Sequence record: SRR31156797_1282
Reading direction: 5' to 3' (one strand)
Length of the DNA stretch: 46,596 bases
Shown: positions 27,905 to 39,495 of the stretch, piece by piece
How positions within the stretch are numbered: position 1 is the stretch's first letter
Layout of the letters: each line of letters begins with the position of its first letter
Notes under the pieces: model-generated
Databases searched by the model: none
What the model was told of the DNA's origin: nothing
Seen by the model: the letters and a program-made list of their open reading frames with translations, nothing else
Made by a program: the position numbers and the translations under genes

Positions 27905-28912
27905 TTATTGTACAATCAGCTTATGAACTTCTGTGTCATTTATAATCACATAATAAAGACCTCGATCTAAACTACTTTCATCTAAAACAGGCATCATACT
28001 ATTAGTAAAAATCTGAACCTTATCGTCATTAGATATACCTTTAATATTTAGTTGTTGTCCAGCTCTCATTGGATTAGGATAAATTGCGAAATTTTGTGCT
28101 TCAATATTAATGGTAGTGATCTTTAAAACTTCAGTTGTACCATCAAAATCAGTTTGTGATAACTGCACATACACCTGACCTCCATATTTAGAGGCAAAAC
28201 TGTAATTATATTCAGTTACAGTAGTTGTATTTCCAAAACCATCAACTCTATCAACTAATTCCCATGAATTCAAATCTCTACTTATTTTAATTGAGAAATA
28301 GTCGTTATTTATTTCAGCTGATGTAGCCCATGATAAATTCACAAGATTATTTTCGGTATTGATATTTGCAAATAATAAAACTACTGGTAGTGGGTCATTA
28401 TAATTATTCCCATTACCTGAAGCAAGTGTCCCTGATCCACTATCAACTGAACCAGTAAAAGTACCACCTACATCTACATCCCCATCCACAGTAATATCAG
28501 CACCGCCTGCATCAAGGTCTCCATCAATAGTTACAGTACCACCCAAATCTAACGATGAATTATTACCAGCAGATACATCTCCATCTACATCCATTACTCC
28601 GGTGCTATTAACTGTAAGTCCGGCATTATTTGAAACACTTACATTTCCGGTCAAATTAAGCGTACCATCAAGATTAATTACAGCATTATTTAAAACATTC
28701 AGATTAATCGCATTCACTACAACACCACTTAAAATATTCAATGTTGAATTTTGTCCTAAAGTAATATTATCATATTTAGTATTGGAACTTATGGTAACAG
28801 TTTGATTATTTGAAACATTCAAATCTGCAGCATTTGAAACCACAAATGAAAACAATAGAAATGCCAAGAAAACATTTCGAAGAACAATAGAATTTAAGGA
28901 CTTTATCATCAT
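27905..28912 (-). CDS. Secreted protein with beta-solenoid-like repeats, Ig-like PLPV domain and T9SS type A C-terminal sorting domain
   Basis: Signal peptide, Asn/Gly/Val repeats (LNVLNNAVINLDGTLNLTGNVSVSNNAGL..., VDGDV), PLPV...LSWATSAEINNDYF...LSQTDFDGT, CTD IYPNP...GLYYV...KLIVQ. Confidence 0.8.
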   Translation of the reverse strand: MMIKSLNSIVLRNVFLAFLLFSFVVSNAADLNVSNNQTVTISSNTKYDNITLGQNSTLNILSGVVVNAINLNVLNNAVINLDGTLNLTGNVSVSNNAGLTVNSTGVMDVDGDVSAGNNSSLDLGGTVTIDGDLDAGGADITVDGDVDVGGTFTGSVDSGSGTLASGNGNNYNDPLPVVLLFANINTENNLVNLSWATSAEINNDYFSIKISRDLNSWELVDRVDGFGNTTTVTEYNYSFASKYGGQVYVQLSQTDFDGTTEVLKITTINIEAQNFAIYPNPMRAGQQLNIKGISNDDKVQIFTNSMMPVLDESSLDRGLYYVIINDTEVHKLIVQ

Positions 28913-28991
28913 TTTTTATTTTTATATATTTATCAATATTCTCAAGCGGTATAACGAATATCGTACCACAAAGTTCCGAATCTCATTTGCA

Positions 28992-29022
28992 CTTTGACGA
29001 AGGTTCAGTTTTCTTTGATGAA
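28992..29022 (-). promoter_or_regulatory. 10-bp direct repeat with 21-bp period (LytTR-type operator candidate)
   Basis: CTTTGACGAA (28992-29001) and CTTTGATGAA (29013-29022), upstream of a degenerate -7 element GAACTTTG (28976-28969, minus strand). Confidence 0.5.
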
Positions 29023-29176
29023 AATCAGAAAAAACGTAAGCATCTTATAAAATACTGATATACTTAGCATTAACACTAATCTAAATTTTCTTCAATCTTA
29101 TTCATTAAGTAAAAACAATCATTCTAATTTGACTTTTACACATTTTTTTATAGTATGTATTGCTAAAAACTGAAGT

Positions 29177-30598
29177 ATGAACTGGATTGATCTTACCATT
29201 TTTATTGTTTATATGCTCCTTATGTTAGGGGTTGGTTTCTATTTTTTAAAGCGTAACAAATCAGCTGACGACTATTATGTTGGTGGTAGAACCATGAGCA
29301 AATGGCATATCGGACTGTCAGTTGTAGCTACTGATGTAGGTGGTGGATTTAGCATAGGACTAGGTGGATTGGGATTTATTCTTGGAATTAGCGGTAGTTG
29401 GATGCTTTTTACAGGGTTAATTGGGGCATGGCTGGCCGGAACTTTTTTAATTCCAAAAGTTTATCCATTAGCCAAGCAAGAAAGCTTCCTCACATTCCCA
29501 CAACTTTTAAAACATAATTTTGGTGCAACAGCTGCTCTTATTGCAGGAATTATTTCAGCCATTGGTTACCTGGGATTTACCAGCTCTCAAATCCTCGCTG
29601 GTGCAAAACTAGCCTCAGCTTCATTTATCGATCTTAGCTTAAACGAAGCCCTGTTGGTAATGGGTATTATTGCTGTTGTTTATACCTTTATGGGAGGCCT
29701 GAAAGCAGTAATTTACACAGATACCATTCAATGGATTATTTTATTGGCCGGATTAATCGGTATTGGAATTCCGCTGGGATATTTTTATTTAGGCGGTTGG
29801 CAAGCTATTTCAAGTGCCTTACCCGATTCATTTTTTTCTTTTTCAAATATCACCTGGCAACAAATGGTAAAATGGCTGGTAACTATTATTCCAATTTGGT
29901 TTGTAGGAATGACGTTATATCAAAGAATTTATGCTTCAAAATCAAAAGAAGAAGCCAGAAAAGCCTGGTATATAGCAGGAGTTTTCGAATATCCTTTAAT
30001 GGCTTTCATGGGTGTAATTATCGGACTTTTTGCTCGTATTGCATTTATGAATAATGATTTTGAGGCATTGGGATTTCCGGCAGACGGAGCTATAGATGAA
30101 GAAATGGGACTTCCATTATTTTTGAGAACCATATTACCTCCAGGCCTTATGGGAATTATGATGGCCGCCTATTTTTCAGCCATAATGAGTACAGCTGATA
30201 GTTGCTTAATGGCGTCATCAGGTAATATTATAACCGACATTTTGAACATACCTTCACAAAACTCTAAAAAATACCTTAGAATAGGACAAATTATTACACT
30301 ACTTATTGGGGCATTGGCTTTATTACTGGCATTACAAATGCAAAATGTACTGGAATTAATGCTATATTCTTATGCTTTTATGGTAAGTGGATTACTGGTT
30401 CCCGTGTTGGCTATTTTCTTTTTTAAAAAGAAATCAAAAATTGCTGCAATAGGCTCTATGATAGTAGGTGGAGGAACAACCTTGACCCTTATCATTACTG
30501 AATCAAAACTACCTTTTGACCTTGATCCAAACATCTTCGGAATAACTGCTTCATTCCTTGTATATTTCCTAATTGCTAATTTTCATAAAAAATCGTGA
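29177..30598 (+). CDS. Sodium:solute symporter family protein (PutP/PanF-like)
   Basis: About 13 hydrophobic segments, DYYVGGR, YTFMGGLKAVIYTDTIQ, YQRIYASKS, SAIMSTADS. Confidence 0.92.
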   Translation: MNWIDLTIFIVYMLLMLGVGFYFLKRNKSADDYYVGGRTMSKWHIGLSVVATDVGGGFSIGLGGLGFILGISGSWMLFTGLIGAWLAGTFLIPKVYPLAKQESFLTFPQLLKHNFGATAALIAGIISAIGYLGFTSSQILAGAKLASASFIDLSLNEALLVMGIIAVVYTFMGGLKAVIYTDTIQWIILLAGLIGIGIPLGYFYLGGWQAISSALPDSFFSFSNITWQQMVKWLVTIIPIWFVGMTLYQRIYASKSKEEARKAWYIAGVFEYPLMAFMGVIIGLFARIAFMNNDFEALGFPADGAIDEEMGLPLFLRTILPPGLMGIMMAAYFSAIMSTADSCLMASSGNIITDILNIPSQNSKKYLRIGQIITLLIGALALLLALQMQNVLELMLYSYAFMVSGLLVPVLAIFFFKKKSKIAAIGSMIVGGGTTLTLIITESKLPFDLDPNIFGITASFLVYFLIANFHKKS

Positions 30599-30632
30599 GA
30601 TAAAGCCGAAAAATCTATAAAATGCAGTTTAA

Positions 30633-32144
<1,512 letters not shown>

Positions 32145-32329
32145 ATGTGTTAAAACATATAATAAATTTAAAATCATAAAGTTTAATACTTGATATATAA
32201 AAATGTTTTCAGGAGTGAAACCAACCAATTTAATCGTCAATTGCAGACATTTTTGGGTTTGTTTCACTTCTGTATTTAGTAAAGAAATCATTTTTTTAGT
32301 TTGAAAATCAGATTAATAAATATTTATCC

Positions 32330-34294
32330 ATGAAAAAGTTTTTCTTAATTCCAATTATTGCACTATTATCAATACTGAATGTAAACGCGCAAGAAGAGAC
32401 CTTGCTTGAAATTGATAATGAGAAAGTTACATTAGAAGAATTTAAACGCATCTATTTTAAAAATAATAAAGATTCAGCTCTTACATTGGCATCGCTGGAA
32501 GAATATTTGGAGTTATTTACGAACTTTAAGCTTAAAGTACATGAAGCTAAAGCACTTAACTTGCACAAAAGGAACAAGTTTACAGAGGAATTAAGCACTT
32601 ATCGTGAACAATTGGTAAAACCATATCTGACAGACAGTGCCACTGATGAGCAGTTAATCAGAGAGGCTTATGACAGAATGAAATACATTGTCAGAGCTAG
32701 TCATATTTTATTTAAAATTCCTCAAAAAGCTAAACCGGAAGATACTTTAAAGATTTACAATCAGGCTAAACAGGTACTTGATTTATTGAAAAATGGTGCT
32801 GATTTTGGTAAGACCGCCGTTAAATTTTCGCAAGACCCATCTGTAAAATACAACGATGGTGATCTAGGTTATTTCTCGGCTTTTAAAATGGTTTATCCAT
32901 TTGAAAATGCAGCCTACAACACAAAAGTTGGTGAATTTAGCGAACTGGTAAGAACAAGATTTGGATATCATATTTTATATATCGCTGATAAAAAAGAAGC
33001 GCCAGGCACTGTTGAAGCAGCGCATATTATGATCAGACTTCCTCAAAATGCTGATGAAGAGACTGCGAAAAAAGCTGAAGAAAAAATCAACAATATATAC
33101 AAAGAACTTCAAGACGGACTTGAATTTGCTAATGCAGCAGAAAAATACAGCGAAGATCCACAAACCGCTAAAAAAGGTGGTATGCTACCTAAATTCACAC
33201 CGGGAAGAATGCTGCCTAATTTTGAAGAAGAAATTTTCAAACTTGAAAACGGAAAATACAGTGAGCCTTTCAAAACAAAAGTTGGATGGCATATTGTAAA
33301 GAAATTTAATAATGAGCCTGTGGCAAGTCTTGATAAAGAAAGAGCTAATATCAAAAGAAAACTTTCTAAAACTGCCAGAGCAGATCTAAGTCGTAAAAAA
33401 GTAATTCAAAAGCTTAAAACAGAATACAACTTCAGTTGCAACGAAGAAGCACTAAACAAATTCCATGAAGCTATTAATAAAACAAACTTAATGGAAAATA
33501 AGTGGGTAATTGATAAAGACCAGGACATGAATGTAGTACTTTGCGAGTTTAAAGATGTTCAAATCACGGCCAAGGAATTAGCTCAATGGATACAGCAAAG
33601 ATTACGTCAACCTAAAACTGATGCAAACGCATTCTTAAAATCAGTAACTAATGATTTTATTGAAAATGAGATAATTAAATACGAGAAAGCCCACCTTGAA
33701 GATAAATATGATGATTTTGCATGGCTCATGAAAGAATATCATGATGGTATTTTGCTTTTCAACATCACAGATAGCATCGTTTGGAAAAAAGCTGTAAAAG
33801 ACACCACAGGTTTAAAAAATTATTTCCAGGAAAACAGAAATAATTATAAATATCCTGAGCGAATGAAAGCAGATATCATTGATGTAAATCCTGTGAACAA
33901 CAAGCGTAAGACCTTAAAAGTTATTAAAAAAGCCTACAATGAAGGAACAATTGAGAATCTTCAGGAGCAACTCAGAAATTATTACAATGACACCACACTT
34001 GCAGTTATGCTTGATTCAGGAAAATATGAAAAGGGCATTAACAAATATGTAGATGAATCTAAATGGAAAACCGGGTTACATTTTGCAGAACAAAATAAAA
34101 ACACAGGCACATTTGTATTTAACCATGAGGTATTACCTGAAAGATTAAAAGAATTATCTGAAATTAGAGGATTGGCTACTGCAGATTATCAAAACTATTT
34201 AGAAGCTCAGTGGATAAATACATTGAAAGAGAAATACAAAATCAGTGTACATAAAGAGCTTTTGAAAAAACTGCTTGAAAACAATCAACAATAA
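32330..34294 (+). CDS. Periplasmic parvulin-type peptidyl-prolyl isomerase (two PpiC domains)
   Basis: Signal peptide, RASHIL...FSQD...GDLGYF...RTRFGYHI, and AAHIM...YSED...GGML...TKVGWHI. Confidence 0.88.
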   Translation: MKKFFLIPIIALLSILNVNAQEETLLEIDNEKVTLEEFKRIYFKNNKDSALTLASLEEYLELFTNFKLKVHEAKALNLHKRNKFTEELSTYREQLVKPYLTDSATDEQLIREAYDRMKYIVRASHILFKIPQKAKPEDTLKIYNQAKQVLDLLKNGADFGKTAVKFSQDPSVKYNDGDLGYFSAFKMVYPFENAAYNTKVGEFSELVRTRFGYHILYIADKKEAPGTVEAAHIMIRLPQNADEETAKKAEEKINNIYKELQDGLEFANAAEKYSEDPQTAKKGGMLPKFTPGRMLPNFEEEIFKLENGKYSEPFKTKVGWHIVKKFNNEPVASLDKERANIKRKLSKTARADLSRKKVIQKLKTEYNFSCNEEALNKFHEAINKTNLMENKWVIDKDQDMNVVLCEFKDVQITAKELAQWIQQRLRQPKTDANAFLKSVTNDFIENEIIKYEKAHLEDKYDDFAWLMKEYHDGILLFNITDSIVWKKAVKDTTGLKNYFQENRNNYKYPERMKADIIDVNPVNNKRKTLKVIKKAYNEGTIENLQEQLRNYYNDTTLAVMLDSGKYEKGINKYVDESKWKTGLHFAEQNKNTGTFVFNHEVLPERLKELSEIRGLATADYQNYLEAQWINTLKEKYKISVHKELLKKLLENNQQ

Positions 34295-34305
34295 AACATA
34301 AACTC

Positions 34306-35148
34306 ATGCGTGCGTTAATATTGATCTCATTATTGGTATTCCTTCTGTCATCTTGTAATAATGGCAAAGGCGATGAAAATGCGCTGGCAAATTATGATGG
34401 GAAATCTCTTTACTTATCTGATTTAAAACAATCATTCCCTCAAGGAATGGAAAAAGAAGATAGTGTTAAACTATTAAAAAAGCTGGTTGACAATTGGATA
34501 AGTCGCCAGATCCTTTATGACAGGGCGATGCGTCAACGCATACATAATGAAGATGAAATTCAACGCAAAGTAGAGCAATATGAACAAAACATTGTAATTC
34601 ATCAGTATAAATCTCAATTGGTTTCAGAGAAAATAGATACATCAGTTACTATAGATCAAATCAAGCAGTATTATGATGAGCATGGAAATGAATTTAGATT
34701 AAAAGACAACATAGCTAAATACTTTTTTGTCAAGATCCCTAAGTCTGTTCCAAATGCTTTTAAAGTTAGAGAATGGATGTATCAGGTTTCAAATGAAGAT
34801 AAATTAATGGAACTGAAAGAATATTCATATCAGAATGCTCGTTATTATGATTTTGACAATGAATGGAGTAATGCCAATACAATATATGATTTGATCAATG
34901 AAACGCCTTCTGACAGTAAAGATTTTCTGGAAAGTTATACCGTTTACCAAAAAAGAGATAGCTTGTATTACTATTTTGTGAGGGTCAATGAATATATGTT
35001 AAAAGGTGATTTGGCACCAATGAATTACATTCTGGGTGACCTTAAACAAATCATATTAAGCAAGAGACGTATTGATTTCATCAATAATTTAGAAAACAAC
35101 TTGAGAAGAGAAGCGAAGAATAATAAGAAAATTCAAATAAATTTATAA
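34306..35148 (+). CDS. PPIase/SurA-N-like lipoprotein
   Basis: Lipobox LSSC, LYLSDL, and position between two PPIase genes as is usual in this Bacteroidota cluster. Confidence 0.7.
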   Translation: MRALILISLLVFLLSSCNNGKGDENALANYDGKSLYLSDLKQSFPQGMEKEDSVKLLKKLVDNWISRQILYDRAMRQRIHNEDEIQRKVEQYEQNIVIHQYKSQLVSEKIDTSVTIDQIKQYYDEHGNEFRLKDNIAKYFFVKIPKSVPNAFKVREWMYQVSNEDKLMELKEYSYQNARYYDFDNEWSNANTIYDLINETPSDSKDFLESYTVYQKRDSLYYYFVRVNEYMLKGDLAPMNYILGDLKQIILSKRRIDFINNLENNLRREAKNNKKIQINL

Positions 35149-35151
35149 CAC

Positions 35152-36492
35152 ATGATTCGTAAGCTAAATGTAATCACAATATTAATATTACTGGCCCAAC
35201 TAGGTCTTTTTGCCCAGGGTAAAATTGTAGATGAGATAGTTGCTGTGGTTGGTGACCGGGTAATATTGGAATCTGATTTAGAGAAACAAGCTATTCAATA
35301 CAGACAGCAAGGATATTTTGGTGAAGGTAATATCAAATGTGAGATTCTTGAAGAGCAATTATATCAAAAAATGCTACTCAATCAAGCTGAATTAGACAGT
35401 ATTGAGGTAAACGAAGCCGAAATTGATGGTGAAATGGATCGACGCATTCAAATGTTCATTGCTCAACTTGGATCGGAAGAAAAACTTGAGGAATTCTATG
35501 GTAAAAGTATATTGGAAATAAAAGAAGAATTTAGACCAATAGTTGCAGACCAGATTAGAAGTCAAAGAATGCAGATGGAATTGACTCGCGATCTTGATGT
35601 TACTCCTACTGATGTACGCAAATACTACGAATCAATACCAAAAGATAGCTTACCGTTAGTTAATACAAAACTTGAGTTACAACAAATTGTGAGTCATCCT
35701 GTAATTAGCGAAGTCGATGTACTTGCTGTAAAAGAGCGACTTCAAGACTTTCGAACAAGAATTATGGGTGGAGAACGCTTTGCCACTTTAGCTGCTTTAT
35801 ACTCACAAGACGAGGGAACTGCTGCCAAAGGAGGTAAATTGGGTTATGTAGGTCGTAATGATCTCGTCCCTGAATTTGCTGCCGTAGCATTTAAACTAGA
35901 GAAAGGACAGGTTTCAAGGGTTGTTAAAACCGAATATGGGTATCATATTATTGAGCTAATTGACAGAAGAGGAGAAAAGATTAATGTGAGACACATCCTT
36001 CTAAAACCTAAAGTGAAAGTAGAAGAAAAAGTAAAATCTCAGCAATTTCTGGATAGTTTAAGAAATGAAATCCTTCACGATACCCTTTTATGGGATGAAG
36101 CAGCAATGATTTATTCTGACGACGAAGAAACTCGTACAAATGCCGGTACGATTATTAATTACCAAAGCGGTTCAAGTCAATTTGAGCAAAGTCAGGTAAA
36201 ACCAGCAATTGCATTTGCTATCAAAGACTTAAAAGAAGGAGATATTTCAAAACCTTTCGAGGATAAAACCCAAACCGGACAAACGGTTTATAAAATTGTT
36301 AAAATTAAGTCAAAGATTGATGCACACAAAGCCAATATGGTAGATGATTACCAGGAAATTCAAGAAATGGCATTGATGAAGAAAAAAGAACAATTTGTAG
36401 AAGACTGGGTTGACAATAAACGTGAATCAACTTACATTAGAATAGATGAACAATATAGTAAATGTAAGTTTAAATATAAATGGTTAAAATAA
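35152..36492 (+). CDS. surA: SurA-like chaperone/peptidyl-prolyl isomerase
   Basis: VDEIVAVVGDRVILESD (SurA N-terminus), FATLAALYSQD...GGKLG...PEFAAVAF...TEYGYHII, VRHIL. Confidence 0.85.
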   Translation: MIRKLNVITILILLAQLGLFAQGKIVDEIVAVVGDRVILESDLEKQAIQYRQQGYFGEGNIKCEILEEQLYQKMLLNQAELDSIEVNEAEIDGEMDRRIQMFIAQLGSEEKLEEFYGKSILEIKEEFRPIVADQIRSQRMQMELTRDLDVTPTDVRKYYESIPKDSLPLVNTKLELQQIVSHPVISEVDVLAVKERLQDFRTRIMGGERFATLAALYSQDEGTAAKGGKLGYVGRNDLVPEFAAVAFKLEKGQVSRVVKTEYGYHIIELIDRRGEKINVRHILLKPKVKVEEKVKSQQFLDSLRNEILHDTLLWDEAAMIYSDDEETRTNAGTIINYQSGSSQFEQSQVKPAIAFAIKDLKEGDISKPFEDKTQTGQTVYKIVKIKSKIDAHKANMVDDYQEIQEMALMKKKEQFVEDWVDNKRESTYIRIDEQYSKCKFKYKWLK

Positions 36493-36498
36493 GCTAAC

Positions 36499-37473
36499 AT
36501 GCAATATTCATCTGATAAAGAAGCAATTGATGCCTTAGGTAGTTTTCACAAAAAACTTGTGGATGAAATACATAAAGTAATTGTAGGGCAAGAAAAAGTT
36601 GTGGAAGATATCGTGCTCAGTATTTTTAGTGGTGGACATACACTTTTAGTAGGTGTACCAGGACTTGCAAAAACCCTACTTGTAAACACAATTGCAAAAG
36701 CATTAGGTCTTGATTTCAGAAGAATTCAATTTACACCTGACTTAATGCCATCAGATATTATTGGAACTGAAATATTAGATGAAAACAGACAATTCAGATT
36801 CATAAAAGGACCTGTTTTCAGCAATATTATATTAGCTGATGAGATAAACCGGACGCCACCCAAAACACAATCCGCATTGCTAGAAGCAATGCAGGAAAAA
36901 GCTGTAACAGCTGCCGGAACTAACTACAAACTGGATGAACCTTTCTACGTTCTAGCTACCCAAAACCCTATCGAGCAAGAAGGTACTTATCCCCTGCCCG
37001 AGGCACAATTAGACAGATTTATGTTCAACATTAATCTAGACTATCCCACATTTGATGATGAAGTTGAAATTGTGAAGCAAACCACAACAGGCATTAATGT
37101 AGACATAAAGCAGGTTATTAATAAAGAAGAAATTCTATTCTTTCAACAATTAGTAAGAAAAGTACCTGTAAACGACGCAGTTGTAAAACATGCTGTTGGA
37201 CTTACATCTCAATCGCGCCCTAACTCAGATGCAGCTCATAAAATTACCAATGAATATGTAACCTGGGGAGCCGGTCCTCGTGCCTCTCAATATCTCATAT
37301 TGGGAGCAAAAGCACATGCCGCATTAAATGGAAAATACTCTCCTGATAGAGAAGATGTTAACGCTGTGGCCAAGCCTGTTTTCAGACATAGACTTGTGAA
37401 AAACTTTAAAGCTGAAGCAGAGCAAGTAAATATTGACGACATTATCGACGAGTTGATAAAAAGCCAAAAATGA
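36499..37473 (+). CDS. moxR: MoxR-family AAA+ ATPase
   Basis: GVPGLAKT (Walker A), RIQFTPDLMPSDI, LADEINRTPPKTQSALLEAMQE, ATQNPIEQEGTYPLPEAQLDRF. Confidence 0.93.
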   Translation: MQYSSDKEAIDALGSFHKKLVDEIHKVIVGQEKVVEDIVLSIFSGGHTLLVGVPGLAKTLLVNTIAKALGLDFRRIQFTPDLMPSDIIGTEILDENRQFRFIKGPVFSNIILADEINRTPPKTQSALLEAMQEKAVTAAGTNYKLDEPFYVLATQNPIEQEGTYPLPEAQLDRFMFNINLDYPTFDDEVEIVKQTTTGINVDIKQVINKEEILFFQQLVRKVPVNDAVVKHAVGLTSQSRPNSDAAHKITNEYVTWGAGPRASQYLILGAKAHAALNGKYSPDREDVNAVAKPVFRHRLVKNFKAEAEQVNIDDIIDELIKSQK

Positions 37474-39005
37474 TCAAGTATTTATTCATACTATTTTTAA
37501 TTCTATCAATCTCACTAAATCTTTTTGCCCAACAAGGAGAAAAGAAGGTATCAAAAGTTGATCTCAAAAGAGCTGATATAATGGGGCAAAATGATAGGAT
37601 TGCGAAAGGTGCAAAACGCATAATTGGTAATGTCAAGTTTGTCCAGGATGATGCTGTAATGTTATGCGATAGCGTTTACTGGTATACCGAACTAAATAAC
37701 TTCAGAGCTTACGGCCATGTTCATTTAATTAAAGGAGATTCCATAGAAGTTTTTAGCGACTCACTCTATCACTATGGAAATAAAAAACTATCAATGTTTA
37801 GAGGCGATGTGGTAATGCTGGATAAAAACGTTAAGCTTTATACAGATTCACTAAACTACGATATGATGCGAAATACTGCTTACTATTATGGTGGCGGAAA
37901 AATAGTTGACTCTGCCTCAACACTAGTAAGTAATTCAGGGCATTACTTCACTAACTCTGAGGTATTCTTTTTTAAAGATTCTGTGGTGGTGACGAATGAA
38001 AACTACACCATGTATACAGATACATTGGAATATCATAGTAGATCAAACCGGGCTATTTTTAGAGGACCCACTACAATAGTAAATGACACCAATAGACTCT
38101 ATGCTGAGCGTGGATGGTATAATACTCAACAAGACCTTGGTCGCATACATCAAAATGCCAGCTATACTAATGAAAACCAAACACTTGACTGCGACACTTT
38201 ATTTTACAACAGAAAAGCCCAATATGGCGAAGCTTTTGGTAATGTGGTTATAAAAAGTTTAAAAGACAGTGTTACGCTCACATCAAAATATGCTTTCTAC
38301 AATGAAGCCCATGATGCTTCAATTGCAACAGATAGTGCCACACTCATACAAATAAGTTCTTCTGATACAACCTACTTGCATGCTGATACATTACTTACAT
38401 ATATAGACAGCGCTGATGGAGATGTGCGAAACATTTATGCATATTATAAAGCCCAAATGTTCAGCAATAAAATACAAATGCGCGCTGATTCAATCGCATT
38501 CTCATTTAAAGATAGTACCGTTAGATTATTTGGACACCCCATTATTTGGTCTGACAGTTCGCAATTAAAAGCCGAAATAATCAACTTCAGGATCGTTAAA
38601 AATGAATTAACTGACATTTTCATGAAAGAAAATTCAATTATCATTTCAGAAAAAGACAGTATTCATTATAACCAAATTAAAGGTTATGAAATAACGGGGC
38701 ATTTAAAAGAACATGAGCTAAAGAAAGCTATTGTAAACCGACGTTCTGAAACCATTTATTACCTGGAAGAAGAGGGTGAACTCAATAGCATGAATAAAAC
38801 CCGTTGCAGACAAATGACAGTGTATTTAAAAGATGGACAAGCTCATCAAATTGTCTGGATAAGTGAACCAGAAGGTCAGGTTATACCTCTTAAGGAATTA
38901 AATCAGGGAAATATGTATTTCAATGATTTTGAATGGTTGGATCATCTAAGACCAAAAAAGCTTGAAGATATCTACTACTGGAAGCCATATACTCCAAAGC
39001 GATAA
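37470..39005 (+). CDS. OstA-like (LptA/LptD N-terminal beta-jellyroll repeat) protein
   Basis: Signal peptide, repeated GNV/GHV/GDV...CDS/SDSL/TDSL/ADT units. ATGA overlap with moxR. Confidence 0.82.
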   Translation: MIKYLFILFLILSISLNLFAQQGEKKVSKVDLKRADIMGQNDRIAKGAKRIIGNVKFVQDDAVMLCDSVYWYTELNNFRAYGHVHLIKGDSIEVFSDSLYHYGNKKLSMFRGDVVMLDKNVKLYTDSLNYDMMRNTAYYYGGGKIVDSASTLVSNSGHYFTNSEVFFFKDSVVVTNENYTMYTDTLEYHSRSNRAIFRGPTTIVNDTNRLYAERGWYNTQQDLGRIHQNASYTNENQTLDCDTLFYNRKAQYGEAFGNVVIKSLKDSVTLTSKYAFYNEAHDASIATDSATLIQISSSDTTYLHADTLLTYIDSADGDVRNIYAYYKAQMFSNKIQMRADSIAFSFKDSTVRLFGHPIIWSDSSQLKAEIINFRIVKNELTDIFMKENSIIISEKDSIHYNQIKGYEITGHLKEHELKKAIVNRRSETIYYLEEEGELNSMNKTRCRQMTVYLKDGQAHQIVWISEPEGQVIPLKELNQGNMYFNDFEWLDHLRPKKLEDIYYWKPYTPKR

Positions 39006-39060
39006 GATACTCTCTCAAAATAGAAAAATTCAAGAAAAAAGGCTGGAAATTAAGATTTAG

Positions 39061-39131
39061 AATACGAACAGAATTTTCGTATTGTTTACTAGGAAAGAAA
39101 TTGGTAAGTAACTAAATAGCTCTTACCAATT
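39061..39131. terminator. Two hairpins between convergent genes (putative terminators)
   Basis: AATACGAA/TTCGTATT (39061-39083) and AATTGGTAAG/CTTACCAATT (39099-39131). Confidence 0.55.
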
Positions 39132-39143
39132 ATTTATCGAATT

Positions 39144-39365
39144 TTAATATTCGTCTTCGTTAAAAAAGAAATCGTCTTTGCTAGGATAATCAGGCCAGAT
39201 ATCATCAATGCTCTCATAAATCTCTCCCTCATCTTCCAGCTCTTGCAAGTTTTCAATTACTTCCATCGGGGCTCCTGACCGCATAGCATAATCAATCAAC
39301 TCGTCCTTAGCCGCCGGCCAAGGTGCGTCTTCTAGTTTCGATGCTAATTCAAGGGTCCAATACAT
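39144..39365 (-). CDS. DUF2795-family small acidic protein
   Basis: MYWTLELASKLEDAPWPAAKDELIDYA...IWPDYP...FFNEDEY, recognisable as the conserved Bacteroidota DUF2795 protein. Confidence 0.9.
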   Translation of the reverse strand: MYWTLELASKLEDAPWPAAKDELIDYAMRSGAPMEVIENLQELEDEGEIYESIDDIWPDYPSKDDFFFNEDEY

Positions 39366-39398
39366 AGTCTAAAAATTTAATATTTGTCTAAAGGCGTG

Positions 39399-39406
39399 CA
39401 AATATA
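39399..39406 (-). promoter_or_regulatory. Bacteroidota -7 element (TATATTTG)
   Basis: Exact TAnnTTTG match about 33 bp upstream of the DUF2795 ATG. Confidence 0.6.
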
Positions 39407-39495
39407 AAAAAATATCAATATTACAGCACTAATTTTAGAAGCAAATTTTAATTATTTATCAAAATCAGCTATTTTATTGATTAACACATTGATTA

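Noticed and set aside
29177-30598. Sodium:solute symporter as part of the RimK peptide system
   Set aside because: It is 6 kb away on the opposite strand with unrelated genes between. The sequence gives no link.
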